From Candidatus Ozemobacteraceae bacterium (GTDB lineage Bacteria; Muiribacteriota; Ozemobacteria; Ozemobacterales; Ozemobacteraceae), in assembly GCA_965140445.1 (NCBI GenBank), contig OZ223236.1:3232001-3296000 (forward strand): a stretch of 64,000 nt of DNA, in the 5' to 3' direction. The stretch's first letter is position 1. The number at the start of each line of letters is the position of its first letter. The translations under genes and the position numbers were made by a program. Shown piece after piece: positions 19,553-29,564 of this stretch. Under the pieces are notes generated by a model. That model saw only the letters and a list, made by a program, of their open reading frames with translations. It made no database searches and was not told where the DNA came from.

Positions 19553-20032
19553 ATGAAGAGCTTTTCAATTTTTCTGATTGGTTTGTTTATGGGATTTATT
19601 ATTACTGGTGGAATTATATTTATAAAAATGCCCAGCTTAATGCTTACTGAAAGAGTAAGCCCTTTGGAAATAAACGAAACTGTAGAAAAGATAAAAGAGA
19701 ACGCTATAAAAGAAGGGTGGGTTGTTGCTGGAGTCAGCAAGATGCATGAGTCGGTGAAAAAGCACGGAGGCCATGATCTTTCTGAGGTATATCTGGTAAA
19801 TCTTTGCCAGGCTGACCACGCTTATAAAATTCTAAGTAAGGATGAAAATAAAATTGTTTCGGTAATGATGCCATGCACAATTAGTGTTTATAAGAAATCT
19901 GATGGAAAAACTTACGTTGGCTCTATGAATGCTGGTTTGTTAGGTAAAGCATTTGGAGGGGTGGTTGCTGAGGTTATGGGAAACACTGTAGCTGAACAGC
20001 AATTGAAATTTTTGGAATTTACCCACAACTAA
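19553..20032 (+). CDS. DUF302 domain protein
   Basis: ATG 19553 follows AGGAGG; NLCQ...MMPCTISVY..SDGKTYV. Confidence 0.8.
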   Translation: MKSFSIFLIGLFMGFIITGGIIFIKMPSLMLTERVSPLEINETVEKIKENAIKEGWVVAGVSKMHESVKKHGGHDLSEVYLVNLCQADHAYKILSKDENKIVSVMMPCTISVYKKSDGKTYVGSMNAGLLGKAFGGVVAEVMGNTVAEQQLKFLEFTHN

Positions 20033-20037
20033 AAATA

Positions 20038-20072
20038 TGCCTCAAAAGCTACCGCTTTTGAGGCACTTTTTT
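20038..20072. terminator. Intrinsic terminator between convergent genes
   Basis: TGCCTCAAAAGC-TACC-GCTTTTGAGGCA followed by CTTTTTT. Confidence 0.85.
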
Positions 20073-20074
20073 AA

Positions 20075-20698
20075 TTAAGGAATGTAATTTACATATAGTT
20101 CCAGATCTAAAGATTCTTTTGGATGTGGCTGGCTATCTGGATGCCCAACTGCAACAAGAGTCTGCAATGTCATTTCTTTCTGGCCAAGGATTGATTCCAA
20201 TTCATTTTTTGCAACCAATGCTCCTGAAACCCAACATGTCCCAAGACCTTCTTCTGTAGCTGCGAGAAGCATGTTTTGAACCATTGCTCCTGTAGCCTGC
20301 AGTTCAGGGTGTCTACGCCAATTTGAAATTTGCTCATGAGAGAAATCTGAGTCTTTGAGCAAATCAAAAATTGGTGCGGAATAATCTTTTGTAGAAATTG
20401 CCAATACAACAGGAGCATTTGCAAAAATTGTTGAAAACAGCTTAATTTTTTCTAGGGTAGATTGCTGTTCTGGCTTTATTTTTGGAAACATCATGTCCAA
20501 TTTTTCAGCGACCACACCCTTCATTTTTTGAATAATTTCACCATTGGTAATAACTGAAATATTCCAGGGAACAGAATTGTTTGGACTTGGTGCCGCCAAT
20601 CCAGCTTTAAGAATTTTTTCAAGTGTAGCTTGACGCACAGGTTCCGGGGTAAATCTTCTAACTGTTCTTCGGGCATAGATTAGTTCAGAAAAATCCAT
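20075..20698 (-). CDS. Nitroreductase family protein
   Basis: RRTVRRF, AAPSPNNSVPW, QNMLLAATEEGLGTCW; ATG 20698 follows GGAGGA. Confidence 0.9.
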   Translation of the reverse strand: MDFSELIYARRTVRRFTPEPVRQATLEKILKAGLAAPSPNNSVPWNISVITNGEIIQKMKGVVAEKLDMMFPKIKPEQQSTLEKIKLFSTIFANAPVVLAISTKDYSAPIFDLLKDSDFSHEQISNWRRHPELQATGAMVQNMLLAATEEGLGTCWVSGALVAKNELESILGQKEMTLQTLVAVGHPDSQPHPKESLDLELYVNYIP

Positions 20699-20763
20699 TT
20701 GATCCTCCAAATTTTAATTCAATTTATACTATATTCAAAAATGAATTTGAGGCAATTGAAATC

Positions 20764-20792
20764 TTGACCTTTTTCCTGACCCGATTTAGGAT
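20764..20792 (+). promoter_or_regulatory. Putative sigma70 promoter of the ParB-like/SPL-like operon
   Basis: TTGACC-17 bp-TAGGAT, 8 nt before ATG 20801, with no SD (near-leaderless). Confidence 0.55.
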
Positions 20793-20800
20793 AAATGCCT

Positions 20801-21637
20801 ATGAAAACAGAACTTAGACAAATTTCCATTAAGGAATTAACAAACTTTTTTCCCGATTCTCTGGTTGAACAGGACTCTAACCTTGAAACCAGTTTAAATA
20901 AAGTATCTCTGGTTTCACCGCTAACTGTTTGCCAGAATCTAGTAATAGATGGTGAAAAGCGCTTGAATTATTTAAGAGCAAATAATTCTGCAGAAGTAAA
21001 CTGTTTATGTATTGAAGGAAATCCCGCAGAAATTCTTATAGAACTAAAGGAAGTAAAAAGCTTTCCAATGGAAAAGATAGCCTGGCTCTATCTTAAATTG
21101 GATGCTTCAGGCAAAGATAGACTTCTCGACAAAGCAGGAATTTCCCAGTCACCTCAAATGGCTTACATTATTAACCATATCGGAAATTTGATTACCAACA
21201 AAGAACTTTCAAAGCCAAGTGGAATACCAATAAATGTCTGGAGAGAACTTGGACATTTAGGCGAAAAAGTTGATCTATATTTAAAAGATTTAATTTCCAT
21301 GGAAGGAACAGTCTCGGAAAAGCGCATCATTGCCAACTTACTTAAAAGCTGCAAGCTGCGCGACAACCTTCCAGAAAAATTGCCAGAGGGCGATGCAAAA
21401 AAGAGTATTGCTTTCCTGGAATCCATGGCAAACCCACGTAAGACAGAGACTAACAAGAACCTTGAGGCTGTTTTATCTAGTTTGAACCTTCCAAAAGGGG
21501 TTAATCTTAAGTTGGACCCAACCCTTGAAAAGCCTGGTGTAGAAGTTTCCTTAAGATTAAAAAGGAATAAACTCTCTGTTTTAACTGATCTTCAAAGTGA
21601 GTTGGAAAAGCTGTTCGCCAAGGTGCCAGAGTTGTGA
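20801..21637 (+). CDS. ParB/sulfiredoxin-like N-terminal domain protein
   Basis: L.TSL.KV.LVSPLTV...LVIDGEKRL resembles the ParBc motif; the remainder is helical. Confidence 0.6.
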   Translation: MKTELRQISIKELTNFFPDSLVEQDSNLETSLNKVSLVSPLTVCQNLVIDGEKRLNYLRANNSAEVNCLCIEGNPAEILIELKEVKSFPMEKIAWLYLKLDASGKDRLLDKAGISQSPQMAYIINHIGNLITNKELSKPSGIPINVWRELGHLGEKVDLYLKDLISMEGTVSEKRIIANLLKSCKLRDNLPEKLPEGDAKKSIAFLESMANPRKTETNKNLEAVLSSLNLPKGVNLKLDPTLEKPGVEVSLRLKRNKLSVLTDLQSELEKLFAKVPEL

Positions 21638-22728
21638 AGAGACAATTTTTTGAAAACGTTTACATCTCACGTAGCAATATGGAAAACCCGATTTCTGTTG
21701 GAATAATGGCAGGGGTCGACTTTACTAATATTGTTTTTCATGAAGGCGAAAATCACCCGGGAAACGGCTTGTTGATAACTGAAAATAAGGGAACCTTTGT
21801 TAAGCCTTGCCCTGGACAAAAGGGGAGTGTTTGTTGCAATTATTGGGTCGTTGAATGGGGGATGGGTTGTCCTTTTAAGTGCGAATACTGCATTCTTCAA
21901 AACTACTCCTGCGCAGGGGACATGACTCTTTTTATTAATTGGGACAAGTGTTTTACTGAAGTTGAGGAATTGAGAAATAGAGTTAAGGGGCCGATTCGGC
22001 TTGGAACAGGACAATTTGGAGATCCTTTGGGTCTTGAACAAATTTTTCCATTAAACAGTGAGTTGATTAGATTAACCGAAAACTATTCGGATTTCTTACT
22101 TGAGTTGAAAACCAAAAGCGATTATGTGGAACCGGTTTTACAAGCTAATAGTGCTAAACATGTGGTTTTATCTTTTTCTTTAAATCCTCAAACCATTATC
22201 GATAAGCTCGAACACTTTACAGCGAGCCTTGAAAGCCGACTTATGGCTGCAAAAAAAGCCTGCCAGGAAAAAGGGTGTAAGTTGGCATTCCATTTTGATC
22301 CTATTATTCCTCACGATAACTGGCAGGAAAATTACACAGAAGTATTCAAAAAAATGGCAGAATTTGTTGGTGGTATGGAAGTAGTCTGGATTTCATTGGG
22401 AACATTTCGCTTTCCAAAGGGTTTTCAGGATTATGTAATCAAATTTCATCCCGACACAGAAATTTTTAAAGAAGAGTTTCATCCATCATTTGATGGTAAA
22501 GTTCGCTATTTCAGGCCTTATCGTGAAGACATTTACAGGTTTGCCAGGCAAGGGTTAAAAAAACATTTCCCGGAAACTCAAATTTACATGTGCATGGAAT
22601 CCAGCGATGTCTGGGAGAGAGTTCATGGCGAAGAGTTTTTTTCAAAGGATTTGCGCAACTTTCTGGACGAAAAGGTAAAATCGGATGGTTCTGTTAGTCA
22701 TGATTCCGATGAAAAGCCAGAGAAATAA
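21634..22728 (+). CDS. Spore photoproduct lyase-like radical SAM protein
   Basis: KPCPG...CC.Y, GCPFKCEYC.LQ, RLGTGQFGD, LELKTKS, SFSLNP, FHFDPII, WISLG.FR, DGKVRY, YMCMES. Confidence 0.85.
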   Translation: MKRQFFENVYISRSNMENPISVGIMAGVDFTNIVFHEGENHPGNGLLITENKGTFVKPCPGQKGSVCCNYWVVEWGMGCPFKCEYCILQNYSCAGDMTLFINWDKCFTEVEELRNRVKGPIRLGTGQFGDPLGLEQIFPLNSELIRLTENYSDFLLELKTKSDYVEPVLQANSAKHVVLSFSLNPQTIIDKLEHFTASLESRLMAAKKACQEKGCKLAFHFDPIIPHDNWQENYTEVFKKMAEFVGGMEVVWISLGTFRFPKGFQDYVIKFHPDTEIFKEEFHPSFDGKVRYFRPYREDIYRFARQGLKKHFPETQIYMCMESSDVWERVHGEEFFSKDLRNFLDEKVKSDGSVSHDSDEKPEK

Positions 22729-22730
22729 AA

Positions 22731-23321
22731 GTGAAACCTGTAATTCTGTGCCCTTATCCGGCTGAGTTAAAGGCCGTTATTCGATTTATTCCTAACCTGA
22801 AAAAACATTCTGCTTTCAGTTATGAATCCCCCGAAATTAAAGTATTAGGTCTGTGGGGGCTTGAACAGGCAAATCTTGCGCATCTTTTTGAAAATAGTTC
22901 AAGAGAAAATCCATATTTTTGCATTATTCTAGGAACAGCGGGAGCTCTTACCACGAATTTGCCTATAGGAGCGGTGTTTTGCGCCAAAGAGGTTCTTTCA
23001 GAAACCAGCGATGGTTTACATAACTTTTTTCCGATTCCAGGGTTTAACTGCGAAACCTTTTTAACAGTTGAAAACGAGAAAAAAACTCAGCAGGACAGAG
23101 AAGTCTGCTTCCAAAGATTTAAAACTCCATTAGTTGAGATGGAAGCCTTCAAAATAAAATCCGCTTTAGATGAAAAGGGGCTGACTTCTGGCAGGATTTC
23201 CATGGTTCGCATCATTTCTGACAATCCGGAATTTGTTTTTTCTCTTCCTTTCGACAACAATATTATCAACGGCTTTAAGCTAGCCACTCAAAAGATTCTG
23301 AATTATGTAAAGTCACTTTAA
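22731..23321 (+). CDS. Nucleoside phosphorylase / MTA-SAH nucleosidase-like protein
   Basis: GTAGAL...L.IG, LTV, VEMEA, RIISD (PNP_UDP_1 fold motifs). Confidence 0.65.
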   Translation: MKPVILCPYPAELKAVIRFIPNLKKHSAFSYESPEIKVLGLWGLEQANLAHLFENSSRENPYFCIILGTAGALTTNLPIGAVFCAKEVLSETSDGLHNFFPIPGFNCETFLTVENEKKTQQDREVCFQRFKTPLVEMEAFKIKSALDEKGLTSGRISMVRIISDNPEFVFSLPFDNNIINGFKLATQKILNYVKSL

Positions 23322-23325
23322 GCAA

Positions 23326-24216
23326 CTATTTGAGTGTCTTAAAATAACTTTTCTTCTGTTTTGCTGTTTCCGGGAAGGGGCGATCGGGAATCTGGCGTAA
23401 AGCGGCGCTTTCATCGCAATTTCGACACCTTGAAAATCTTTTCATGTGGCTCTTAAGGATATCTATTTTTATTTTTGCCGCATCCATTAAAGATATTTCA
23501 TTTAAATCCGCAATTTGTGAGCTCCCATCTAAATCATGACAGCAATGAAGCAATTTGCCTTCCCAGGTTATGAAAGAGTGGGTTGCAAAAAGACCACATG
23601 AATCTATGTTTTTTCCTGATTCAGTATTGAAAAGTTGATAATCAAGATTACCACCGCGTGAATGACAATCAAATATTCGCGCATTAATTTCTTTTTCTTT
23701 CCAAAATTGAAGAAAAACATCCTTTGAAGATTTTTCAAAACTGGTATGAATTCCGCAGATTGTTATTCCGATTTTACTGCCTCGTTTTAAACAGAACTTG
23801 GCTAGAGCTTCAATAGCCATTGTCAATGATAATCCAGGATTCAATTTTTCATAGAGATCCGGGTCTATTGTGGGAAAAGAAATTTCTATAAAATCCGGCC
23901 TGCTTTCAATAAGAGTGTCAACCACCTCTGAACATAGGCTATTTACGTTAACAACAACTCCGATCTTTTCTTTGCCAAAATCCCGATAAAAACCTACTAT
24001 TTCTTTAAATTCAGGGTGTAGCAAAGGGTTCCCCATTCCACATAATGCAATTCTGGATGGAAAATCCGCTAATTGCCTCGCCAGCTTTTTGAAAACTTCT
24101 ATGTCCATAAAGCCTTTTGGCCTGCTAATTTTTTCTCTTGGACAAAATAAGCAGCTGTGTTGGCAATTATTGGTAAGCTCAATATCTACTGAGAAAAATG
24201 GCCATCGCTCATCCAT
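23326..24216 (-). CDS. Radical SAM protein with SPASM/twitch domain
   Basis: IELTNNCQHSCLFCPR, GMGNPLLHP, C-terminal CG...CCHD...CRNC; likely start ATG 24216 overlaps the upstream stop. Confidence 0.85.
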   Translation of the reverse strand: MDERWPFFSVDIELTNNCQHSCLFCPREKISRPKGFMDIEVFKKLARQLADFPSRIALCGMGNPLLHPEFKEIVGFYRDFGKEKIGVVVNVNSLCSEVVDTLIESRPDFIEISFPTIDPDLYEKLNPGLSLTMAIEALAKFCLKRGSKIGITICGIHTSFEKSSKDVFLQFWKEKEINARIFDCHSRGGNLDYQLFNTESGKNIDSCGLFATHSFITWEGKLLHCCHDLDGSSQIADLNEISLMDAAKIKIDILKSHMKRFSRCRNCDESAALRQIPDRPFPETAKQKKSYFKTLK

Positions 24217-25306
24217 TGGTGGCATTTTTAACCGCCTCAAGCCATTTATAACCGTATTTCTGATCTGGCTCAAGGTAATGACCTTCAGACCATTCGTTCC
24301 AAGAAGAAATCATGACCATTGGTGATTTAAGCATGGACTCTTTGAGTGCAAAATTTACAGCTGATTTTAAAAATTTTTCGAAATTTTCAGGGCATGCACC
24401 AGTTATAACAGGAGACCAGGGGTATTTTGAGGGCCTTTCTTTACCGTAATCAACGGCCCGCGGATTAGCATCCCAACCTGGCGTCACTGATGGATAGTAG
24501 GGAAGTTCAGTGTTTTTTTGATATGTTGCCCATTGTTTAACCCGCAAACTGGACATTTCTGTAAAATCCTGTTCTTTGGGGCCCTTCCAATCTGGCAAAA
24601 ATACATAATGGGTAACACTATCAAACCCCATTTTTTTTAACAATGGCTGATGATCAGGAATTGGGTCTATTGCTGCCAAATGTAATTCCATGCCTTTTTT
24701 GGCCAGATTTGTTCTGGCTTTTTCAATAGCTAATCTGGCGTTTTCAACTCCAACCTGTTTAATGAAAAATGCAGTGTCAAAAATGCTTAAATAGTGTTTC
24801 CCTTCTATTTTCATGTAATTCTTATGGCAAAAATACTTTTCAGAAACAAATTCTATAAATTCCACAAAGTCGTTGGGATCAGTGAAAACCAGTCTTGAGG
24901 GGTCGATTAATTTTGCTTTCGGGCACTTTATAGGCATTACCTTTCTTGGCATTCTGTTCGCCCACATTAGAGCAAATTCAATGTTTTCCTTGTTTGCTGC
25001 TTTTAACAGGCCTTCCTCCAACGCCCCTTCAAGAAGGCGTTTTCCACGTGACCAATAATAAGCAAACACAAACGCATCAACTCCATATTCATTGGCGGTA
25101 GAGATTTTTTTTTCAAACACTTCAGGTTTCGCTTCATTTTCATAGCCCCAAACCGGAACCCGTGGCTGATATTGGCCATCAAAAGATGGTTTGCAGGCAG
25201 GGAGTAAATCCCACTCGCTCCAGCCTTTGGGAAATGATTGATCGCGAACTTTACAAGGATGCCAGCCGGGGTAATAATATGCAGCAATTTTTGGTTTTAC
25301 AGACAC
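24209..25306 (-). CDS. Glycoside hydrolase family 99-like / WbsX-like protein
   Basis: AAYYYPGWH, GWSEW, YGVDAFVFAYYW, FALMWAN, PGWDANPR, SWNEWSEGHYLEPD. Confidence 0.85.
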   Translation of the reverse strand: MSVKPKIAAYYYPGWHPCKVRDQSFPKGWSEWDLLPACKPSFDGQYQPRVPVWGYENEAKPEVFEKKISTANEYGVDAFVFAYYWSRGKRLLEGALEEGLLKAANKENIEFALMWANRMPRKVMPIKCPKAKLIDPSRLVFTDPNDFVEFIEFVSEKYFCHKNYMKIEGKHYLSIFDTAFFIKQVGVENARLAIEKARTNLAKKGMELHLAAIDPIPDHQPLLKKMGFDSVTHYVFLPDWKGPKEQDFTEMSSLRVKQWATYQKNTELPYYPSVTPGWDANPRAVDYGKERPSKYPWSPVITGACPENFEKFLKSAVNFALKESMLKSPMVMISSWNEWSEGHYLEPDQKYGYKWLEAVKNATNG

Positions 25307-26385
25307 TTTTTCAAAATCTCCAATCCAGCTTTAACCGTATCTAATCGGGCTTGAGCACCCATGTGACCAATTCTAAAAACCTTTCCAGCCAGTGGCCCGT
25401 AACTTCCAGCAACAGCTAAACCATTGGATCTTAGTTTTTGATCAAAATCCTGCCAGCTTATATTTACTGGCATCTTTACAGCAGTTACTGTAGGTGAGAA
25501 CCCTGAGCTATTGCTACAATAGAGTTCGAGTCCCATTTTTTCAATTTCGGCGCGGCAAAAGGCTGCAACTTCCTCATGCCTGGAAAAACAGCTTTCCAGC
25601 CCTTCCTCAAGAATTAAATCAGCGGCTTTATTAAGTGCAGCAACCCCTTGCCAATGCGGGGTATAAGGAAAGTAAAATGAGCTTTGAGCTTCTTTAAAGG
25701 GCATTAAAGCATCGTATCCTTGATAATTTACTTTTTCAATTTTTTCCCAGGCGAGCCCTGAAACCGAGGTAAATGTCATAGAAGCTGGCGCAGATAAAAC
25801 TTTTTGTGAACCCCCTAAAGTAATATCAATGTGGTTTTGATCGGCATCAATTGCGACTCCACCACTACTTGCAACAGAATCTACTATTAGCAAAGGATTT
25901 CCATAAAGGGATTTTAATCGACCGATTTCAGAAAGGGGATTCAGGGTTCCCGAAGGGGTTTCGCAGTTAACCACTGTAATGGCATCAGGAGCAAAATTCT
26001 TTAATTTTTCTTCCGTGAGATTGAAATCTGAAATTATTTCGTTATAAGGAAGTTCAATCCTTTCAACCTGCATACCAAGATTTTCTGCCATGGAGGCAAT
26101 TCCATAGCCAAATACTCCCGAGCAAATTGCCAAAACTTTATCACCTTTTTTAAGGCAACTGTTAAGAGCTCCCCACAAGCCAAGCATGCCTTCACCTGTC
26201 TGGATCACCACTGATGATGTAGTGCCCAGAATCTTTCCGAGTTTCTTTTCTGTTTCATTATAGAGAGCAAGAAAATCTCTATTTAGGTCTGGAGACCCAA
26301 AATCCTTTGAATATTCTTTTAAAATTTCATCAGGAACAGAAACCGGACCGGGAATTAAAGAAATATGCTGCATTTTTAGCTCCAC
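25297..26385 (-). CDS. Class V PLP aminotransferase (serine-pyruvate / alanine-glyoxylate type)
   Basis: IPGPV, ETPSG.LNP, VDSVAS.GG, GSQK.LSAP, FRIGHMG. Confidence 0.9.
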   Translation of the reverse strand: MELKMQHISLIPGPVSVPDEILKEYSKDFGSPDLNRDFLALYNETEKKLGKILGTTSSVVIQTGEGMLGLWGALNSCLKKGDKVLAICSGVFGYGIASMAENLGMQVERIELPYNEIISDFNLTEEKLKNFAPDAITVVNCETPSGTLNPLSEIGRLKSLYGNPLLIVDSVASSGGVAIDADQNHIDITLGGSQKVLSAPASMTFTSVSGLAWEKIEKVNYQGYDALMPFKEAQSSFYFPYTPHWQGVAALNKAADLILEEGLESCFSRHEEVAAFCRAEIEKMGLELYCSNSSGFSPTVTAVKMPVNISWQDFDQKLRSNGLAVAGSYGPLAGKVFRIGHMGAQARLDTVKAGLEILKKCL

Positions 26386-26483
26386 AATTTTTGTTGCAAT
26401 GATACTACGAAAGCATTATTTTACAAAACCGAAGATTAAACGCATCTGAAGATATTCTTAAAAAAAAAACAGGAACTTCTCGA

Positions 26484-27389
26484 ATGAAAAAGGTTGTTGT
26501 CGTAGGAAATGCCGGAATAGATACAAATATTTATCTTTATGGTCATGAGATAGACTTTAGCGTTGAAGGAAACTTTAGTCAGAACATTGATTATGTTGGG
26601 CAGGCCGGTGGTTATACTTCAAAAGGATATGCAAGATTAGGCCTTAAAACCAGTTTCATTGGCTATATAGGTGAGGATTTCGCCGGGAAGCAGATAGAAC
26701 AAGAGTTCACTCAACATAAAATTGACGTTTCAGGAGTTCTTATTGATTCCACAGGCACAGCTCGCAGCATAAATTTCATGTATCCCGATGGCCGACGGAA
26801 AAACTTCTACGATGGTAAGGATCACATGAACCTAAATTACCCTCTTGAAATGGCAAAACAAATTTTTGCCGGGGCTGATTTGATTCATTTTCATATCCCG
26901 AATTGGGCCAGAAGTTTGTTGCCCATAGCAAAAGAATCGGGAGCAATTGTTGCCACAGATATACAGGATCTGATTTTCGTTGATGATCCTTACCGCGAAG
27001 ATTTTATTAAACATTCGGATTACATATTCTTTTCAGCGGCTAATTCAAAGAATGCCAAAACAATAATGGATCAACTTCTTCAAAAAAATAGAAAGTTAAA
27101 AATTATTGCGGGAAAGGGCAAACAAGGCTGTGCGTTCCTTTCTGAGTCGGAATTTCTGGAGTTGCCTTCTATTGAGCTTGAAAATCCTGTAATAGACACA
27201 AATGGGGCAGGGGATTCTCTGGCTGTGGGCTTTCTTTATTCTAATGTCTTAAAAGGCAACAGCGTTCAGAGCTCTCTTTTGTCGGGACAAATTGCAGCCA
27301 GACATTGTTGTACACTTAAAGCTGATTCTGATGGGCTTATAGATAGAAAAACTCTGGAAATTTACTCAAAGAAACTTTCCTTTGAATAG
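26484..27389 (+). CDS. PfkB family carbohydrate/nucleoside kinase
   Basis: VVVVGNAGID, GQAGG, IDTNGAGDSLAVGF. Confidence 0.9.
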   Translation: MKKVVVVGNAGIDTNIYLYGHEIDFSVEGNFSQNIDYVGQAGGYTSKGYARLGLKTSFIGYIGEDFAGKQIEQEFTQHKIDVSGVLIDSTGTARSINFMYPDGRRKNFYDGKDHMNLNYPLEMAKQIFAGADLIHFHIPNWARSLLPIAKESGAIVATDIQDLIFVDDPYREDFIKHSDYIFFSAANSKNAKTIMDQLLQKNRKLKIIAGKGKQGCAFLSESEFLELPSIELENPVIDTNGAGDSLAVGFLYSNVLKGNSVQSSLLSGQIAARHCCTLKADSDGLIDRKTLEIYSKKLSFE

Positions 27390-27401
27390 GCCATTTATAA
27401 A

Positions 27402-27430
27402 TTGAATGGTTTCTAATTTTCTGCTATTCT
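27402..27430 (+). promoter_or_regulatory. Putative sigma70 promoter for truA-rplM-rpsI
   Basis: TTGAAT-17 bp-TATTCT with an extended -10 TG, 30 nt before truA. Confidence 0.5.
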
Positions 27431-27460
27431 TCATCAACAAATAAAAACAGGGTAATTTTC

Positions 27461-28207
27461 TTGACAAAACCTCTTAGATACATTAAGATGATCGTTGCCT
27501 ATGACGGGAGCGCATTCGCGGGCTTTCAATATCAGCCGAAACAATATACTGTTCAGGGTGAGATCGAAAGAGCTGTAAAGCTGATAACACGAACGCATCA
27601 TAGATTGCATGGGTCAGGAAGAACAGATGCAGGGGTACATGCTGTAGAGCAGGTAACACTCATCAGGACAGAATGTCCTATACCTGTTGAAAAATTAATA
27701 ATCGGATTAAACGGTGCCTTGCCAGGATCTGTAAGGATTCGCGGGGCAGAAGAAGTAGATGAAAGCTTTCACCCGAGGTTTTCAGCTAAGTCCAAACACT
27801 ACCGATATTTGTTCAGGTTGTGTGATGAAAAGTGGCCTTTCCTGGAAAGGTATTTTTATCAAATAAATCGACCATTAGATATCGAAAAAATGCAGGCAGC
27901 AGCTGAATTATTCAAAGGTGAGCATGATTTTGCATCTTTTGCTAAGTCCCCAGATCGATATCGAGTCACTGTTAGAAGAATTCTTGAATCAAAAGTTACT
28001 GTTTCAGATAAAGTAATCTCGTTTGATGTTGTAGGAACTGGTTTCCTGCACAACATGGTCAGGAATATGGCTAGAGTTTTATATTTAATTGGCACGGATC
28101 AGATGGTTGAAGAAGAAATTTTTGAACTGTACCGTAATCGGAATAGAAGAAAACTTGGTGCACCTGCGCCACCAAGTGGCTTGTATCTGATGAAGGTCAT
28201 GTATTAA
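27461..28207 (+). CDS. truA: tRNA pseudouridine(38-40) synthase
   Basis: YDGSAFAGFQ, GSGRTDAGVHA, FHPRF, GEHDF, GFLHNMVR, APPSGLYL. Confidence 0.95.
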   Translation: MTKPLRYIKMIVAYDGSAFAGFQYQPKQYTVQGEIERAVKLITRTHHRLHGSGRTDAGVHAVEQVTLIRTECPIPVEKLIIGLNGALPGSVRIRGAEEVDESFHPRFSAKSKHYRYLFRLCDEKWPFLERYFYQINRPLDIEKMQAAAELFKGEHDFASFAKSPDRYRVTVRRILESKVTVSDKVISFDVVGTGFLHNMVRNMARVLYLIGTDQMVEEEIFELYRNRNRRKLGAPAPPSGLYLMKVMY

Positions 28208-28227
28208 CCGAAAAGGAGGACGAATCG

Positions 28228-28662
28228 GTGAAGACGTTCCAACCAAAGAAAAGTGATTTTCAACGTGAATGGGTCGTTGTAGACGCCAAGGATATTTCTC
28301 TTGGTAGATTGGCTTCTCAAGTAGCTGCAAGGCTTAGAGGGAAGCATCGCCCATTTTTTGCCCCACATCTTGATTGTGGTGACTTCGTAATTATTATCAA
28401 TGCTGATCAAATCAGACTTTCAGGTAATAAAGAAGCTGACAAAAGACATTTCTGGCATACTGGTTATCCAGGAGGAATCAAGTCAGTTACTTATGGTGAA
28501 CTGAAAGAAAACAAACCAGAAAAAATGGTTTGGCTTGCAGTAAAAAGAATGCTTCCACGCAATAAGCTTAGAAAAAGATTCCTTCACAAGCTTAAAGTTT
28601 TTGCTGGCGCTGAACATCCACATTCTGCTCAGAAGCCAACATTAATCACACTGACTAAGTAA
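28228..28662 (+). CDS. rplM: 50S ribosomal protein L13
   Basis: REWVVVDA...LGRLAS...LRGKH.P...PHLDCGD...HTGYPGG...HPHSAQKP. Confidence 0.98.
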   Translation: MKTFQPKKSDFQREWVVVDAKDISLGRLASQVAARLRGKHRPFFAPHLDCGDFVIIINADQIRLSGNKEADKRHFWHTGYPGGIKSVTYGELKENKPEKMVWLAVKRMLPRNKLRKRFLHKLKVFAGAEHPHSAQKPTLITLTK

Positions 28663-28679
28663 GAAAGGAGGAATTTAAA

Positions 28680-29072
28680 ATGGCAGATTCTTATATTTGG
28701 GGAACCGGTAGAAGAAAAGCAGCTACTGCTCGTGTTCGCATTCGCAGAGGCGAAGGCTTGATCCTAATTAATAAAAGACCTTTTGAGGAATATTTTCCAA
28801 TTCCTCTTACCAGAAAGATCATTGTGCAGCCTTTGACTGCAACTGAAACTTTTGGAAAATTCGACATTCACGCCAATATCAAAGGCGGAGGAAGCACTGG
28901 CCAGGCTGGCGCTCTTCGTCATGGTCTTGCAAGAGCTCTCGTAAAATTCAACGAAGAATTCCGCGGAGCACTTAAAAAGAATGGCTATCTCACTAGAGAT
29001 CCAAGAGAAAAAGAAAGAAAGAAATACGGTCTTAAGAAAGCAAGAAAAAGATCACAGTTCTCAAAACGTTAA
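28680..29072 (+). CDS. rpsI: 30S ribosomal protein S9
   Basis: [10 protein letters not shown]...GGG.TGQAGA.RHG...LTRDPR..ERKKYG...QFSKR. Confidence 0.98.
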   Translation: MADSYIWGTGRRKAATARVRIRRGEGLILINKRPFEEYFPIPLTRKIIVQPLTATETFGKFDIHANIKGGGSTGQAGALRHGLARALVKFNEEFRGALKKNGYLTRDPREKERKKYGLKKARKRSQFSKR

Positions 29073-29082
29073 TGTTTATAAG

Positions 29083-29113
29083 AATATCCCCCTTTTGGGG
29101 GATGTTTTTTTTT
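29083..29113 (+). terminator. Intrinsic terminator after rpsI
   Basis: AATATCCCCC-TTTT-GGGGGATGTT plus T tract. Confidence 0.85.
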
Positions 29114-29171
29114 AGCAACTTAGCGCCGAATATGGTAAAAATATAGATAAACTAATTCAAGGAATGATCGA

Positions 29172-29564
29172 ATGACAGAAATCGAGTTAATTAACATTGC
29201 AAGAGAAGCAAGTAAAAAAGCATATACACCATATTCTAACTTTAATGTGGGAGCTGCTCTTGAACTAAAATCAGGTGAAGTAATTCAGGGCTGTAATGTT
29301 GAAAATGCAAGCTATGGCCTGACTAATTGTGCTGAAAGAACTGCTCTTTTCACGGCTATCGCAGCCGGTAAAAAAGAATTCACCAGACTTGTAGTATTTG
29401 TTGACCGTGAAGAATTCACCGCTCCATGTGGGGCATGCAGGCAGGTAATATTAGAGTTAGCACCAGATGTGGAAATCATTTTGGCTAACAGTAAAAATGA
29501 AACCAGAAAAACTTCAATTAAAGAATTGCTTCCATTGAGTTTTGGCTCAGAAGATTTGAAATGA
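29172..29564 (+). CDS. cdd: Cytidine deaminase
   Basis: AYTPYS.F.VGAAL, NVENASYGLTNCAER, PCGACRQ. Confidence 0.95.
   Translation: MTEIELINIAREASKKAYTPYSNFNVGAALELKSGEVIQGCNVENASYGLTNCAERTALFTAIAAGKKEFTRLVVFVDREEFTAPCGACRQVILELAPDVEIILANSKNETRKTSIKELLPLSFGSEDLK

Noticed and set aside
21634..22728. Calling this splB and inferring sporulation
   Set aside because: Lacks the SplB H-donor Cys context, and no sporulation genes are in the window.
24217..24273. 65-bp overlap between the GH99-like and radical SAM ORFs
   Set aside because: Shrinks to an ordinary 8-bp coupling if the start is ATG 24216.
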